Shown here in pieces: positions 36,771-47,520 of a DNA stretch of 64,000 nucleotides (the first letter of the stretch is position 1; every line of letters begins with the position of its first letter). A model generated the notes under the pieces. That model saw only the letters and a list, made by a program, of their open reading frames with translations, was not told the DNA's origin and searched no databases. The DNA is taken from assembly GCA_902776665.1 (NCBI GenBank), contig CACYQZ010000002.1, forward strand, positions 10,329 through 74,328. The letters are read 5' to 3'. A program made the position numbers and the translations under genes. Source of the DNA: an uncultured Prevotellaceae bacterium (GTDB lineage Bacteria > Bacteroidota > Bacteroidia > Bacteroidales > Bacteroidaceae).

Positions 36771-39617
36771 TTATTTTAAGACAACATTCACCATTCGTTT
36801 CGGAACAATGATAACCTTGACGATTTGCTTGCCGTCGGTGTATTTCGCGGTGCGCTCGTCGGCGAAAACAGCCTTTTCGATGGCATCGTTGGCAGCATCG
36901 GCGGCAAATTCCATATCGAAACGGGTTTTTCCGTTGAACGCCACGCCCAGACGCACGCTGTTTTCGACCAAATACTCCTCGTTCCACTTCGGCCACGGGC
37001 TGTCGCAGACACTGTTGGGTGTTGGGTGTTGGGTGGTAGGTGTTAGCATTTCCCAGAGTTCCTCGGCGATGTGCGGTGCGAAGGGCGCAATCAGCGTGAC
37101 GAGCGTGCGCATCACGTCGCGGTTTTTGCACTTCAGTTGCGAAAGTTCGTTTACGCAAATCATAAAGGCCGAAATCGACGTGTTGTACGAGAACATTTCG
37201 ATGTCTTGCGTCACTTTTTTGATGAGTTTGTGCAGCGATTTGAGTTCGTCTTTCGTCGCCTCTTTATTCTCTGATTCCTCGACTCCTTGCACCAAATTCC
37301 AGAACTTTTTCAGGAATCGGTGGCAGCCGTCGATGCCGTTCGTGTCCCACGGTTTCGACTGCTCGACAGGTCCGAGGAACATCTCGTAGAGGCGCAGCGT
37401 GTCGGCACCGTATTTCTCGACAATCATATCGGGATTGACCACGTTGAACATCGATTTCGACATCTTTTCGATGGCCCAGCCGCATTTGTATTGGGTGTTG
37501 GGTGTTGAGTGTTGGGTGTTAGTCAATATGGAACCATCTTCCATCACAAAGGCTGCATCGGCATATTCGGGTCGCCACGCTCTGAAGGCTTCGATGTCGA
37601 GAATATCGTTTTGGACAATGTTCACATCGACGTGAATCGGGGTGACGTGATAATTGTCTTTTTGTCCGAAACTGACGAATTTTCCCTTGTCGGGGCCGTC
37701 GTTTTCGATGCGATACACAAAATTCGACCTTCCCTGAATCATTCCCTGATTGATGAGTTTCTGGAACGGCTCTTCGACGCGGCTCACACCCAAATCATAG
37801 AGGAATTTGTTCCAGAATCGGGCGTAAATCAGGTGGCCAGTGGCATGCTCCGAACCGCCGACATACAAATCGACGTTTTTCCAATATTCAGCAGCCTCGT
37901 CGGAAATCAACGCTTGGTCGTTTTTCGGGTCCATATAGCGCAGGTAATACGCCGAACTGCCTGCAAATCCAGGCATCGTACAAAGTTCCAACGGAAAGAC
38001 GGTCACGTTGTCGATGAGCGACTTATCGACCACCTCGTTCGTCTCCACGTTCCACGCCCATTTCTGTGCATTTCCGAGTGGCGGTTCACCCGTCGCCGTC
38101 GGTTGGTAGGTCTTCACTTCGGGCAGTTCCAACGGCAGACATTCCTCGGGAATCATATAGGGCATTCCGTCCTTGTAATAGACGGGGAACGGCTCGCCCC
38201 AATAGCGTTGCCGCGAAAAAATGGCGTCGCGCAGGCGATAATTCACTTTTACTTGGCCCAAACCCTTTTCGGTGACGTATTCCTTCGTCTTTTGAATCGC
38301 CTCTTTTACGGTCAGTCCGTTCAGCGAGAATTCGCCGTTGGAAGAATTGCACATCACACCTTCTTTCGCGTCGAAACTCTCTTCCGAAACGTCGGCACCC
38401 TCAATCAATGGGATAATCGGCAGGTTGAAATGCTTCGCAAAGGCATAGTCGCGGCTGTCGTGGGCAGGAACGGCCATAATCGCGCCTGTTCCATAGCCTG
38501 CGAGCACGTATTCGGCAATCCAGATGGGAATTTCCTTTCCCGTGAGCGGATTGATGGCATACGAACCCGAGAAAACGCCCGTGACGCGATGGTCCATCTG
38601 ACGCTCGCGCTCCGTGCGCTTTTTCACGTAGGCGAGGTATTCCTCGACCTCCTGTTTTTGTTCGGGTGTCGTCAGTTGGGCGACCAGTTCACTTTCGGGT
38701 GCCAACACCATAAAGGTCACGCCGAAAATCGTGTCGGCACGAGTGGTGAAAATGGTGAAACCTTGGGTGTTGGGTGTTAGGTGTTGGGTGTTGGGGGCCA
38801 CCTTAAATTCCATTTCCGTACCCTCCGAGCGACCAATCCAGTTGCGCTGCGTTTCCTTCAGCGATTCGGTCCAGTCAATGGTGTCAAGACCGTCGAGCAA
38901 CCTTTGGGCGTAGGCCGAAACGCGCAAACACCATTGCCGCATCTGTTTCTGTACGACGGGATAACCGCCGCGCACCGAAACGCCATCGACCACCTCGTCG
39001 TTGGCCAACACCGTGCCGAGTTCAGCACACCAGTTCACCATCGTTTCGCCGAGGTAGGCAATTCGGTGTTCCATCAGCAATTCGCCCTGCGCCTTTTCGT
39101 CGGCAGGCCAAGTGCCTTCAGCCTTGAATTTTTCAATCAGTTTTTCGATGGGCTGCGCCTTCTGCAATTCCTCGTCGAAATACGAGTTATACATCTTCTG
39201 AAACGCCCACTGCGTCCATTTGTAGTAATCAGGTTCGCAAGTGCGCACCTCGCGGCTCCAGTCGAAGCAAAAACCAATCTTGTCCAACTGACTTCTGTAT
39301 CTGTCGATGTTCTCGAACGTCGTTTTTTCGGGGTGCTGACCCGTCTGAATCGCATACTGCTCAGCCGGCAGTCCGTAGGCATCGTAGCCCATCGGATTCA
39401 GCACGTTGAACCCCTGCTGACGCTTGTAGCGGGCATAGATGTCGCTGGCGATGTAGCCCAACGGATGTCCCACGTGCAGTCCCGCACCACTCGGATAGGG
39501 GAACATATTTAGAACGTAAAATTTCTTTTTCTCAGGGTCTTCCACGACGCGATAAGTCTGGTTTTCCACCCATCGCTGCTGCCATTTTTTCTCGATGTCT
39601 CTGAAATTATATTCCAT
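36771..39617 (-). CDS. leuS: Leucine--tRNA ligase
   Basis: [19 protein letters not shown] editing motif, [19 protein letters not shown]; start set at MEYNF. Confidence 0.98.
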   Translation of the reverse strand: MEYNFRDIEKKWQQRWVENQTYRVVEDPEKKKFYVLNMFPYPSGAGLHVGHPLGYIASDIYARYKRQQGFNVLNPMGYDAYGLPAEQYAIQTGQHPEKTTFENIDRYRSQLDKIGFCFDWSREVRTCEPDYYKWTQWAFQKMYNSYFDEELQKAQPIEKLIEKFKAEGTWPADEKAQGELLMEHRIAYLGETMVNWCAELGTVLANDEVVDGVSVRGGYPVVQKQMRQWCLRVSAYAQRLLDGLDTIDWTESLKETQRNWIGRSEGTEMEFKVAPNTQHLTPNTQGFTIFTTRADTIFGVTFMVLAPESELVAQLTTPEQKQEVEEYLAYVKKRTERERQMDHRVTGVFSGSYAINPLTGKEIPIWIAEYVLAGYGTGAIMAVPAHDSRDYAFAKHFNLPIIPLIEGADVSEESFDAKEGVMCNSSNGEFSLNGLTVKEAIQKTKEYVTEKGLGQVKVNYRLRDAIFSRQRYWGEPFPVYYKDGMPYMIPEECLPLELPEVKTYQPTATGEPPLGNAQKWAWNVETNEVVDKSLIDNVTVFPLELCTMPGFAGSSAYYLRYMDPKNDQALISDEAAEYWKNVDLYVGGSEHATGHLIYARFWNKFLYDLGVSRVEEPFQKLINQGMIQGRSNFVYRIENDGPDKGKFVSFGQKDNYHVTPIHVDVNIVQNDILDIEAFRAWRPEYADAAFVMEDGSILTNTQHSTPNTQYKCGWAIEKMSKSMFNVVNPDMIVEKYGADTLRLYEMFLGPVEQSKPWDTNGIDGCHRFLKKFWNLVQGVEESENKEATKDELKSLHKLIKKVTQDIEMFSYNTSISAFMICVNELSQLKCKNRDVMRTLVTLIAPFAPHIAEELWEMLTPTTQHPTPNSVCDSPWPKWNEEYLVENSVRLGVAFNGKTRFDMEFAADAANDAIEKAVFADERTAKYTDGKQIVKVIIVPKRMVNVVLK
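37015..37049 (-). repeat. CACCCAA heptamer tract inside leuS (C-terminal region)
   Basis: Plus strand ttgggtg x3, gtaggtg, ttagcat; encodes [12 protein letters not shown]. Confidence 0.88.
37491..37525 (-). repeat. CACCCAA heptamer tract inside leuS (before KMSKS)
   Basis: Plus strand ttgggtg ttgggtg ttgagtg ttgggtg ttagtca; encodes [12 protein letters not shown]. Confidence 0.88.
38763..38797 (-). repeat. CACCCAA heptamer tract inside leuS (start of the editing domain)
   Basis: Plus strand ttgggtg ttgggtg ttaggtg ttgggtg ttggggg; encodes [12 protein letters not shown]. Confidence 0.88.
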
Positions 39618-39658
39618 AAAAAGCAAAATTTTAGAAAAAAATTCAAATAATTTAGGTG

Positions 39659-39666
39659 CAAAGGTA
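39659..39666 (-). promoter_or_regulatory. -7 element (TACCTTTG) for leuS
   Basis: Exact TAnnTTTG 42 nt upstream of the leuS ATG. Confidence 0.65.
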
Positions 39667-39728
39667 CAAAAAAAATGCAGAAACATGGATAATTTCCTCT
39701 AAAAAGATGGAATTCGTAAATTTTTTCG

Positions 39729-39736
39729 TATTTTTG
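39729..39736 (+). promoter_or_regulatory. -7 element (TATTTTTG) for the TlpA/Omp28 operon
   Basis: TAnnTTTG followed by CA; divergent from the leuS promoter. Confidence 0.6.
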
Positions 39737-39782
39737 CAGCGTATTATGTGCAAATTTTAGTCATTTTAATCAGGAAAACGAT

Positions 39783-40274
39783 ATGAATAAACGAATGATG
39801 TTAGCCATTTTGATGGTTTTGGGAATGAGTCTCGAATTGAGTGCACAACTGCCCTCGGTGACCTTGAAGGACATCAACGGCAAGACCGTGCGCACCGATA
39901 CGCTGTCGAACAACGGAAAACCGATGATTATCTCGTTTTTCGCGACATGGTGTAAGCCGTGCAACCGTGAACTCGATGCCATCAGCGAAGTTTATGAGGA
40001 ATGGCAGCAGGAAACGGGCGTGAAACTCGTGGCGATTAGCATCGACCAAGCCCAGAACATCAACAAAGTAAAACCACTCGTCGATCAGCACGAATGGCCT
40101 TACGAAACGGTGTTGCTCGACCCGAACAGCGAACTGAAACGGCAGTTGGGCATCCAGATGATTCCCTATGTGCTCATCGTCGATGGCGAGGGGAAAATCG
40201 TCTATAAACACAACGGCTACACCGAAGGAGCCGAAGAAGAATTGATTGAAAAAGTCAGGGAATTGGTGGAGTAA
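39783..40274 (+). CDS. Exported TlpA/ResA-like thiol-disulfide oxidoreductase
   Basis: Signal peptide; FFATWCKPC; IPYVLIVDGEGKI. Confidence 0.92.
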   Translation: MNKRMMLAILMVLGMSLELSAQLPSVTLKDINGKTVRTDTLSNNGKPMIISFFATWCKPCNRELDAISEVYEEWQQETGVKLVAISIDQAQNINKVKPLVDQHEWPYETVLLDPNSELKRQLGIQMIPYVLIVDGEGKIVYKHNGYTEGAEEELIEKVRELVE

Positions 40275-41942
40275 ATGATGAAAAAAGGTATTTTTATATT
40301 GTTTTCGGCGTTTTGCTGGACGACGGGAAGTCATGCCCAATCCGACAAAATCGTGGTGACAGGTAGCGTTCAGAGCGACGTTCTCATTCCGCAGAACGAC
40401 GATGCCATCGGCACGGAAGAAACCAGCGACTGGGCACTGACAAACACCTATGTGGAAGCGGCTTTGCAAAGCAAATACGTCGATGCCGGAGCGCGTTTCG
40501 AGTTTCTGGAACATCCGCTGCCAGGCTTCGAAAAGGATTTTAAAGGCTGGGGCGTGCCGTATTTCTTCGTAAAAGGGCGTCCAGCGAAGAATCTCGAACT
40601 CACCGCCGGCCATTTCTACGAGCAATTCGGCTCGGGATTCGTTTTTCGCACCTACGAAGAGCGGTCGCTGGGCATCGACAACTCGCTGTTGGGCGGTCGG
40701 GTGGTCTATAAACCCGTCGAAGGTGTCCAGTTGAAGGCCGTCACGGGCCGACAGCGCCGTTATTGGTCGCACAACAAGGCTTGGGTGACGGGCGGCGATG
40801 TCGAACTGAACATCGACAAATGGATTCACGCACTCGCCGAAGGCAACACTTACGTGACGCTCGGTGCATCGTTTGTGAACAAGCACGAAAAAGCCTCCGA
40901 CGACGAGATTTTTGCCACGCCGACCTATCAACTGAACCTGCCCGAAAACGTGAATGCATGGGATGTGCGGGCGAGTGTGTCGCACGGCGGATGGAACATT
41001 TTGGCGGAATATGCGCAAAAAACGCAAGACCCTTCGTTCGACAACGGCTATATCTATCGAAAAGGCTATGTGGCAATGCTCTCAACATCGTATTCGAAGC
41101 GCGGATTGAGCCTTTTGTTGCAGGCAAAACGCTCCGATAACATGTCGTTCCGCTCGCGTCGCTCGATGCACGGAACGTCGTCGTTTTTGAACCATCTGCC
41201 AGCCTTCACGATGGACCACACCTACGCGCTGGCAGCGATGTATCCCTACGCCACCCATCCCGAAGGCGAATGGGCCTATCAAGCCGAATTGGGCTATACG
41301 TTCAAGAAAAACACGGTGCTCGGCGGTAAGTATGGCACGGGTGTCAAAGTGAATTTCTCCCACGTCCACGCCATCGACCAGAGTCCGCATCCCACAGAAA
41401 TCTTCCCCGGCGAATTTTTTCTCGGCGCAGGCTCCAACGGCTACGGCTCGGCTTTCTGGAAATGGGGCGACCAAACCTATTATCAAGATTTGAACATCCA
41501 AATCGACAAGCGTCTGAGCCGCGATTTCAAGTTGAATTTGATGTATATGAACCAACGCTACAACAAAACCATCGTCGAGGGTGAAGGCGGTATGATTCAC
41601 AGCGACATTTTCGTGGCCGAAGGCAAGTATAAAATGAACAAAAAACTGACTTTGCGCGGCGAATTGCAGTATCTGACCACCAAACAAGACCAAGGCGACT
41701 GGGCTTTTGCACTGCTCGAACTGTCGGTGCTGCCCAACTGGATGTTCACCATCAGCGACCAGTGGAACTGCGGCGAAACCGACCTCCATTACTATCAAGG
41801 ACTCGTCACCTGCCATCTGGGTTCTCATCGCATTCAGGTGGGTTACGGTCGCACCCGAGCCGGCTACAACTGTTCGGGCGGTGTTTGTCGCTATGTGCCT
41901 GCACAAAAGGGTTTTACGTTGTCGTATAATTATAATTTCTGA
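40275..41942 (+). CDS. Outer-membrane beta-barrel protein, DUF6029-like
   Basis: Signal peptide; FYEQFGSGFVFRTYEERSLGIDN; C-terminal RAGYNCSGGVCRYVP...SYNYNF. Confidence 0.8.
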   Translation: MMKKGIFILFSAFCWTTGSHAQSDKIVVTGSVQSDVLIPQNDDAIGTEETSDWALTNTYVEAALQSKYVDAGARFEFLEHPLPGFEKDFKGWGVPYFFVKGRPAKNLELTAGHFYEQFGSGFVFRTYEERSLGIDNSLLGGRVVYKPVEGVQLKAVTGRQRRYWSHNKAWVTGGDVELNIDKWIHALAEGNTYVTLGASFVNKHEKASDDEIFATPTYQLNLPENVNAWDVRASVSHGGWNILAEYAQKTQDPSFDNGYIYRKGYVAMLSTSYSKRGLSLLLQAKRSDNMSFRSRRSMHGTSSFLNHLPAFTMDHTYALAAMYPYATHPEGEWAYQAELGYTFKKNTVLGGKYGTGVKVNFSHVHAIDQSPHPTEIFPGEFFLGAGSNGYGSAFWKWGDQTYYQDLNIQIDKRLSRDFKLNLMYMNQRYNKTIVEGEGGMIHSDIFVAEGKYKMNKKLTLRGELQYLTTKQDQGDWAFALLELSVLPNWMFTISDQWNCGETDLHYYQGLVTCHLGSHRIQVGYGRTRAGYNCSGGVCRYVPAQKGFTLSYNYNF

Positions 41943-41946
41943 GCTT

Positions 41947-42771
41947 ATGAAAAAAATTCCTCTATACCTTCTGACTTTCATCCTATTATCCTGCTCCGAC
42001 ATCGCCGAATCGGAACGATTCATCATTGTGGACCGAGGTGAGGTGCAGCGTGCCGTGCTCATCGAGGATTTCACGGGTCAAGCCTGTGTGAATTGTCCCG
42101 CGGCCAGCGATGTGATTCACGAATTGCAGCGAACACTCGGCGAGGAAAACATCATTCCCGTCGCCATCCACAGCGGACCCTTCGCCCACAAGCGTTCGAA
42201 CATGAGTGCGGCGTTTCTGAGCGACCTCGGAACAGCCGAGGGCGACGAATTTTTCACCCACTGGGGCATCGAGGCACAGCCTGGCGTGAAAATCAATCGT
42301 GGAACACCGATTTACGACCCACAGCAATATGCTGCCGCCGTGACTGCCGAAATGGCGAAGATTTCGCCCGTCGTTTTCGAGAAAATGCTGGCGAATAGTG
42401 CCGATGGCAAGACGATTGATGTCACCATTCAACCCTCGACCCCCATTGAGAATATCGACGCACGGTTGCAGGTGTGGATCATCGAAGACAACATCAATGC
42501 CGAGGGTGGCAACAGCAACTATGTGCAACTGATGGGCGACGGTTCGCCCAACGAAAACTATGTTCACCACCACGTTTTCCGCGCCTCGATGACCAGCGAT
42601 CTCTATGGCGAAGCCTATCGTCAGGGTGCAGGCGAGAAAAAACAGGTGGAATTCAACTATTCGAAGGCCGTCGAAAGCCATTGGAAGGTCGAGAATCTGT
42701 CGATTGTCGCCTTCCTTTGGAACGAAAAAGACGGTGTTCTCTGTGTAAGTCGAACAAAGGTAAAAAGGTAA
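41947..42771 (+). CDS. Omp28-family lipoprotein (thioredoxin-like CxxC)
   Basis: Lipobox LLSC; VLIEDFTGQACVNCP; AIHSG; YVHHHVFR. Start reassigned to MKKIPL. Confidence 0.85.
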   Translation: MKKIPLYLLTFILLSCSDIAESERFIIVDRGEVQRAVLIEDFTGQACVNCPAASDVIHELQRTLGEENIIPVAIHSGPFAHKRSNMSAAFLSDLGTAEGDEFFTHWGIEAQPGVKINRGTPIYDPQQYAAAVTAEMAKISPVVFEKMLANSADGKTIDVTIQPSTPIENIDARLQVWIIEDNINAEGGNSNYVQLMGDGSPNENYVHHHVFRASMTSDLYGEAYRQGAGEKKQVEFNYSKAVESHWKVENLSIVAFLWNEKDGVLCVSRTKVKR

Positions 42772-42797
42772 AAAAGTGAAAAGGTAAAAAGTCAAAT
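42756..42797 (+). repeat. AAAAGGT(A/G) octamer tract at the gene end
   Basis: aaaggtaa aaaggtaa aaaagtga aaaggtaa aaagtcaa; similar tracts at 43447-43483 and 45374-45407. Confidence 0.75.
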
Positions 42798-42813
42798 TTA
42801 AATAAAAACGCTT

Positions 42814-43464
42814 ATGAAAAAAATTTTTACTTCCATTCTGATGTTGCTTTTCGCAACAAATTTCGCCCTCGCAGACGAAGATTTTCCAGTTCAGTTCGTC
42901 GATAAAGACGGAAAAGTAGTGGCCGACGGTGCCACGGTGAATGTCGCAGAAGGCGAAAAAGACGTTTTCGGCGACCTCTTGTTTAAAACGGGACTGTTTG
43001 TGACGAATGCCTCTGAAGACGATGTTTACGTAGGAATCGACTACGAAATCAAGTCCATTCCCAACGGAGCATTCCAGATTTGCTTCCCGCAGAACTGCGT
43101 GCAGAAAGACGCTGCGGGCAAGTATTCCACACCGCAAGGTCCGCTGGTGGCCGCCGACAAAAAGGACATTCAGGCCGAATGGATTCCCGACGAGGATGGT
43201 TTTGGAACGTGCACGGTGGAATTGCAGGTGAACCTCTACATCTACAACGCACTGACGAAGGTTTACACCCTCGACGAAGAAGGTCCGAGAATCACGGTGA
43301 ACCTGATTTACAAAGACCCGGCATCGGTTGATAACCTTGAAAACGACGAAGCGAAAGAAACGGCACGCTACAACACCGCCGGACAGCGCATCAACGAAGG
43401 TCAGAAGGGTGTGAACATCGTGAAATACGAAAATGGAAAGACCGTTAAAAAGGTGAAAAGGTGA
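42814..43464 (+). CDS. Secreted protein with Prevotella-type T9SS C-terminal domain
   Basis: Signal peptide; Ig-like core with CFPQNC; tail ARYNTAGQRINEGQKGVNIVKYENGKT. Confidence 0.75.
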   Translation: MKKIFTSILMLLFATNFALADEDFPVQFVDKDGKVVADGATVNVAEGEKDVFGDLLFKTGLFVTNASEDDVYVGIDYEIKSIPNGAFQICFPQNCVQKDAAGKYSTPQGPLVAADKKDIQAEWIPDEDGFGTCTVELQVNLYIYNALTKVYTLDEEGPRITVNLIYKDPASVDNLENDEAKETARYNTAGQRINEGQKGVNIVKYENGKTVKKVKR

Positions 43465-43487
43465 AAAAGTAAAAAGGTGAAAAAACG

Positions 43488-45389
43488 ATGATGAAAAGAT
43501 TATTCTCAGCCATTGTTGCTCTGACTTTTGTCACAGCACTTTCGGCACAAATGATTCAGAAAAATCCTGCCGAAAAATTCGGTCAGCAGAGTGTGGAATC
43601 CGCGCAAAAAACTCCGATGCTCGCAGGAGAAGACAATATTGTCTATTGGAGTTATTTCAACGGTAGCGCCAGTAGTTGGAACTCCATCGGAATTGGTCAG
43701 GCCGCCACATTGAGCGTGGCTGTGAAACTGCCCGATGTTCTTGCCGGAGGAACGCTGAAAAGCATCAATATTCCCATCAAGTCCTCTTCGATGACAGAGG
43801 TCACGGCATGGGTTCGAACCAACCTCGACGGTGAAAACCTCGTATTGGTGAATGTTCCCAGCAATTCGTTTGTGCCAGGTTCCTATGTGAAGGCACCGCT
43901 CACCGAAGACTTCACGATTCCCGCCACCGATGTCTATGTTGGCTACACGTTCACTTCTACGGCACAATTTCCCGTTGCCGTGGGCGCTGGTTCTCAGCCC
44001 AATTCCCTCTTCCTGAAAATCAACGACGACGGTTGGGGCGACTACTCGAACCAAGGTTTTGGCATTTCACCACTGCAACTGTCCATCGCCAACTTGAATT
44101 TGTCTGAATACAACGTGAAACTCAGGGATTTGGAATCCTTGATACTGTCTCCCAACAAACCTTTCAAGGCTCGTCTTACGGTCGATAGTAATGGTAAAAA
44201 TGCCATTAAAACCATTGATTACACCATCGAAATCGACGGAAAGAAGGAACAGAAGCAATTCACGTTCAAAACCCCGATTCCAGCCGGACTGAATCAAAGC
44301 GGAATCGCCGAAGTGGAGGGCACCAGCCCGTCTGACCACAAATATTATACCGTCAAAGTGACGCTCGACAAGGTGAACGGTCAGAACTACGACAAAACGG
44401 CCTCTGTTTCTGCCGAATTTATCAATATTTTGCGCAATGCGCCCCGTCGCACGGTGGTCGAGGAATACACGGGAACTGGCTGCGGCTGGTGTACGCGTGG
44501 ATGGGTCGGCATGGAATTCATGAAGGAGCATTATCAAGACCAGTTTGTCGGCATCGCTTTTCACCAATACAACAACAACGACCCGATGTATGTGGCGAAC
44601 TATTTTTCAAGGACATCGCTGGGCCTCGATGGTGCTCCGAGTTGCAGCATGAACCGCAAAATGGTGATGGATCCCTTCGAAGGTAGCGGCGCTGGAATTT
44701 GGCAAGACTTGCTGTTGATGAATGAAGAGCCTCCCCTTGTCGATGTCAGTGCCACAGGCGTTTGGAACGACACCAAGACAGCCGTCGATGTCACGGCGAA
44801 CATTGAACCGCTGACCGACGGACTCGGTTTCACGGTGGCATACGTGCTCACAGCCGACCAACTTTCGGGCACGACTGCCGAATGGCGACAGTCGAACTAT
44901 TATTACCAGTATTCATCGAGTTCGCTGCCGACGAATCCCGATTTGGCACAATTCGGAAGTGGTGGCAAGAATGGCCAGTCGTCGGTTTACCTGACCTTCA
45001 ACGACGTGATGATTGGCAGTTCCTACAATTCGATGGGAAGAAATCTCGCACCGGTCATCGATGGTTCCACCAATGCCGTTGCAGGAACGGTTTACGAAGG
45101 AAAATATTCGGTGAAAATGCCGACGAAAACGGTGTTGAAAAACGCCATCAAAATCGACCAAGTTTTCGCTAATGTGCTGATTATCAGTAATAAAACAGGA
45201 GAGATTCTGAATGCTGTTCGTGTGAAGGTGGGCGAAGACACCAACGCCATCGACGATGCGAATGTTGCCGAGGACGTTCACGAGGTGGCTTGCTACAGCC
45301 TCGACGGTCGTCGCCTCGAAGCACCGCAAAAGGGTGTGAACATTGTGAAATTCAGCAATGGAAAAACCATGAAAAAGGTGAAAAAGTAA
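43488..45389 (+). CDS. Secreted Omp28-domain protein with T9SS C-terminal domain
   Basis: Signal peptide; VVEEYTGTGCGWCTRG; tail YSLDGRRLEAPQKGVNIVKFSNGKT. Confidence 0.8.
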   Translation: MMKRLFSAIVALTFVTALSAQMIQKNPAEKFGQQSVESAQKTPMLAGEDNIVYWSYFNGSASSWNSIGIGQAATLSVAVKLPDVLAGGTLKSINIPIKSSSMTEVTAWVRTNLDGENLVLVNVPSNSFVPGSYVKAPLTEDFTIPATDVYVGYTFTSTAQFPVAVGAGSQPNSLFLKINDDGWGDYSNQGFGISPLQLSIANLNLSEYNVKLRDLESLILSPNKPFKARLTVDSNGKNAIKTIDYTIEIDGKKEQKQFTFKTPIPAGLNQSGIAEVEGTSPSDHKYYTVKVTLDKVNGQNYDKTASVSAEFINILRNAPRRTVVEEYTGTGCGWCTRGWVGMEFMKEHYQDQFVGIAFHQYNNNDPMYVANYFSRTSLGLDGAPSCSMNRKMVMDPFEGSGAGIWQDLLLMNEEPPLVDVSATGVWNDTKTAVDVTANIEPLTDGLGFTVAYVLTADQLSGTTAEWRQSNYYYQYSSSSLPTNPDLAQFGSGGKNGQSSVYLTFNDVMIGSSYNSMGRNLAPVIDGSTNAVAGTVYEGKYSVKMPTKTVLKNAIKIDQVFANVLIISNKTGEILNAVRVKVGEDTNAIDDANVAEDVHEVACYSLDGRRLEAPQKGVNIVKFSNGKTMKKVKK

Positions 45390-45414
45390 AAAGGTAAAAA
45401 AGTAAAAATCAATT

Positions 45415-46515
45415 ATGGCATTAAAATGTGGTATTGTAGGACTGCCGAATGTGGGCAAGTCCACACTGTTCAACTGCCTGTCAAGCGCGAAGGCGCAGGC
45501 GGCGAATTTTCCGTTTTGCACGATTGAGCCGAATGTCGGTGTCATCACCGTGCCCGACGAGCGGCTGACGAAGTTGGCCGAACTGGTGCATCCGGGGCGA
45601 ATCGTGCCAGCGACGTGCGAAATCGTCGATATTGCAGGACTCGTAAAGGGTGCGTCGAAGGGTGAGGGATTGGGCAACAAATTCCTTGGAAACATCCGCG
45701 AAACCGACGCGATTATCCATGTTCTGCGCTGTTTCGAGGACGATAACATCACCCACGTCGATGGCACCATCGACCCGATTCGCGACAAGGAAATCATCGA
45801 CACGGAACTGCAACTGAAAGACCTCGAAACCATCGAAAGTCGCCTCGCCAAGACCGAAAAAGCAGCGGCGGCAGGCAACAAAGATGCGAAAATCGAGGCG
45901 TCGGTGCTGAAGGCATATAAAGAGGTGCTCGATCAGGGCAAGAATGCGCGTGTCGTCGAGTTCGAGACGAAGGACGAGCAAGATTGCGCCCGCAACCTCT
46001 TCCTGCTGACGACGAAGCCCGTGCTCTACGTCTGTAACGTGGCCGAAGGCGATGCGAAGAACGGCAACGATTTTACCCGAAAAGTGGAGGCTTTGGCTCG
46101 CGAGGAAGGTGCCGAAATGATGGTTATCGCCGCGAAAACTGAGGAAGACATCGCCGAACTCGAGTCGTATGACGACAAGCAGATGTTTCTCGAGGAACTC
46201 GGCTTGGAGGAAAGTGGCGTGAACCGCCTGATCAAGAAGGCGTATGCGCTGCTGAACCTCGAAACGTTCATCACCGCTGGCGAAATGGAGGTGAAGGCGT
46301 GGACCTACAAGCGCGGTTGGAAAGCTCCGCAGTGCGCCGGTGTCATCCATACCGACTTCGAAAAGGGTTTTATCCGTGCCGAGGTCATCAAGTATGCCGA
46401 CTACATCCAATATGGCTCGGAGGCTGCCGTCAAGGAGGCAGGAAAAATGGGCATCGAGGGCAAGGATTATGTCGTGCAGGACGGAGATATTATGCACTTT
46501 AGATTTAATGTTTAG
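45415..46515 (+). CDS. ychF: Ribosome-binding ATPase YchF
   Basis: [55 protein letters not shown]. Confidence 0.98.
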   Translation: MALKCGIVGLPNVGKSTLFNCLSSAKAQAANFPFCTIEPNVGVITVPDERLTKLAELVHPGRIVPATCEIVDIAGLVKGASKGEGLGNKFLGNIRETDAIIHVLRCFEDDNITHVDGTIDPIRDKEIIDTELQLKDLETIESRLAKTEKAAAAGNKDAKIEASVLKAYKEVLDQGKNARVVEFETKDEQDCARNLFLLTTKPVLYVCNVAEGDAKNGNDFTRKVEALAREEGAEMMVIAAKTEEDIAELESYDDKQMFLEELGLEESGVNRLIKKAYALLNLETFITAGEMEVKAWTYKRGWKAPQCAGVIHTDFEKGFIRAEVIKYADYIQYGSEAAVKEAGKMGIEGKDYVVQDGDIMHFRFNV

Positions 46516-46517
46516 TT

Positions 46518-47426
46518 ATGAACTTTGAACTATTGTATATCATTTGGAATCCGAGCGAAGTCATTGGTCACATTGGACCGATAACGCTGCGGTGGTACGG
46601 CACATTCTGGCTCGTGGGCATCGTCGGCGCGTATTTTATGGTGAAATGGCTGTATAAAGACCAGAAAATCAAGGACGAACTCTTCGACCCGCTCTTTATT
46701 TACTCGTTCATCGGCATCCTCGTCGGTGCACGACTCGGCCACTGCCTGTTCTACGAACCCGACTATTTCCTATCGTCGGGCACGCATTTCTTGGAGATGT
46801 TCGTGCCGATGCACAAAATGGCCGACGGCACGTGGAAATTCACAGGCTACGCTGGACTCGCCTCGCACGGCGGTACGCTCGGTCTGATGATTGCGTTGTG
46901 GCTCTACTGCCGGAAGACGAAGATGAACCTCTGGCACGTGCTCGACAACATCGCCATCGCCACGCCCATCACTGCCTGCTGCATCCGCCTCGGCAACCTC
47001 ATGAACTCGGAAATCATCGGCAAACCCACCGATGTGCCCTGGGCATTCATCTTCGAGCAGGTCGATAACATTCCGCGTCACCCCGGCCAACTCTATGAGG
47101 CCATCGCCTATTTCTGCTTCATTTTCGTGATGCTGGGATTTTATTGGAAAAGTCGAGGAACGAGGAGCGAGGAACGAGGAACGAAAGAACTGTCAACTCT
47201 CAACTCTCAACTCTCAACTAAAAAAGTCGGCAGCGGTTTTTACTTTGGCCTCGTCCTCACGCTGATTTTCACGTTCCGCTTCTTCATCGAATACACGAAG
47301 GCCGACCAAGTCGATTTCGAGGCTGGAATGCCCTTCAACATGGGACAACTGCTCTCCGTGCCTTTCGTCATCATCGGAGTGGCGAGCATGATGGGTGGAA
47401 AATGGATGGGAAAACGAAAACAATAG
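46518..47426 (+). CDS. lgt: Prolipoprotein diacylglyceryl transferase
   Basis: [42 protein letters not shown]. Confidence 0.96.
   Translation: MNFELLYIIWNPSEVIGHIGPITLRWYGTFWLVGIVGAYFMVKWLYKDQKIKDELFDPLFIYSFIGILVGARLGHCLFYEPDYFLSSGTHFLEMFVPMHKMADGTWKFTGYAGLASHGGTLGLMIALWLYCRKTKMNLWHVLDNIAIATPITACCIRLGNLMNSEIIGKPTDVPWAFIFEQVDNIPRHPGQLYEAIAYFCFIFVMLGFYWKSRGTRSEERGTKELSTLNSQLSTKKVGSGFYFGLVLTLIFTFRFFIEYTKADQVDFEAGMPFNMGQLLSVPFVIIGVASMMGGKWMGKRKQ
47154..47218 (+). repeat. Bipartite heptamer tract (CGAGGAA-type x4-5, then TCTCAAC-type x4) inside lgt
   Basis: Encodes [22 protein letters not shown] between two TM helices. Confidence 0.88.
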
Positions 47427-47483
47427 TCTGCAATTGACTGGCGAGAAAATCTGAAAAAATATCGAAGTTACTCAATTTTTTCG

Positions 47484-47491
47484 TAACTTTG
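47484..47491 (+). promoter_or_regulatory. -7 element (TAACTTTG) for rpoN
   Basis: TAnnTTTG followed by CA, 30 nt upstream of the GTG start. Confidence 0.6.
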
Positions 47492-47520
47492 CAGGGAATT
47501 ACAGAAAAAAATCGGTGATT

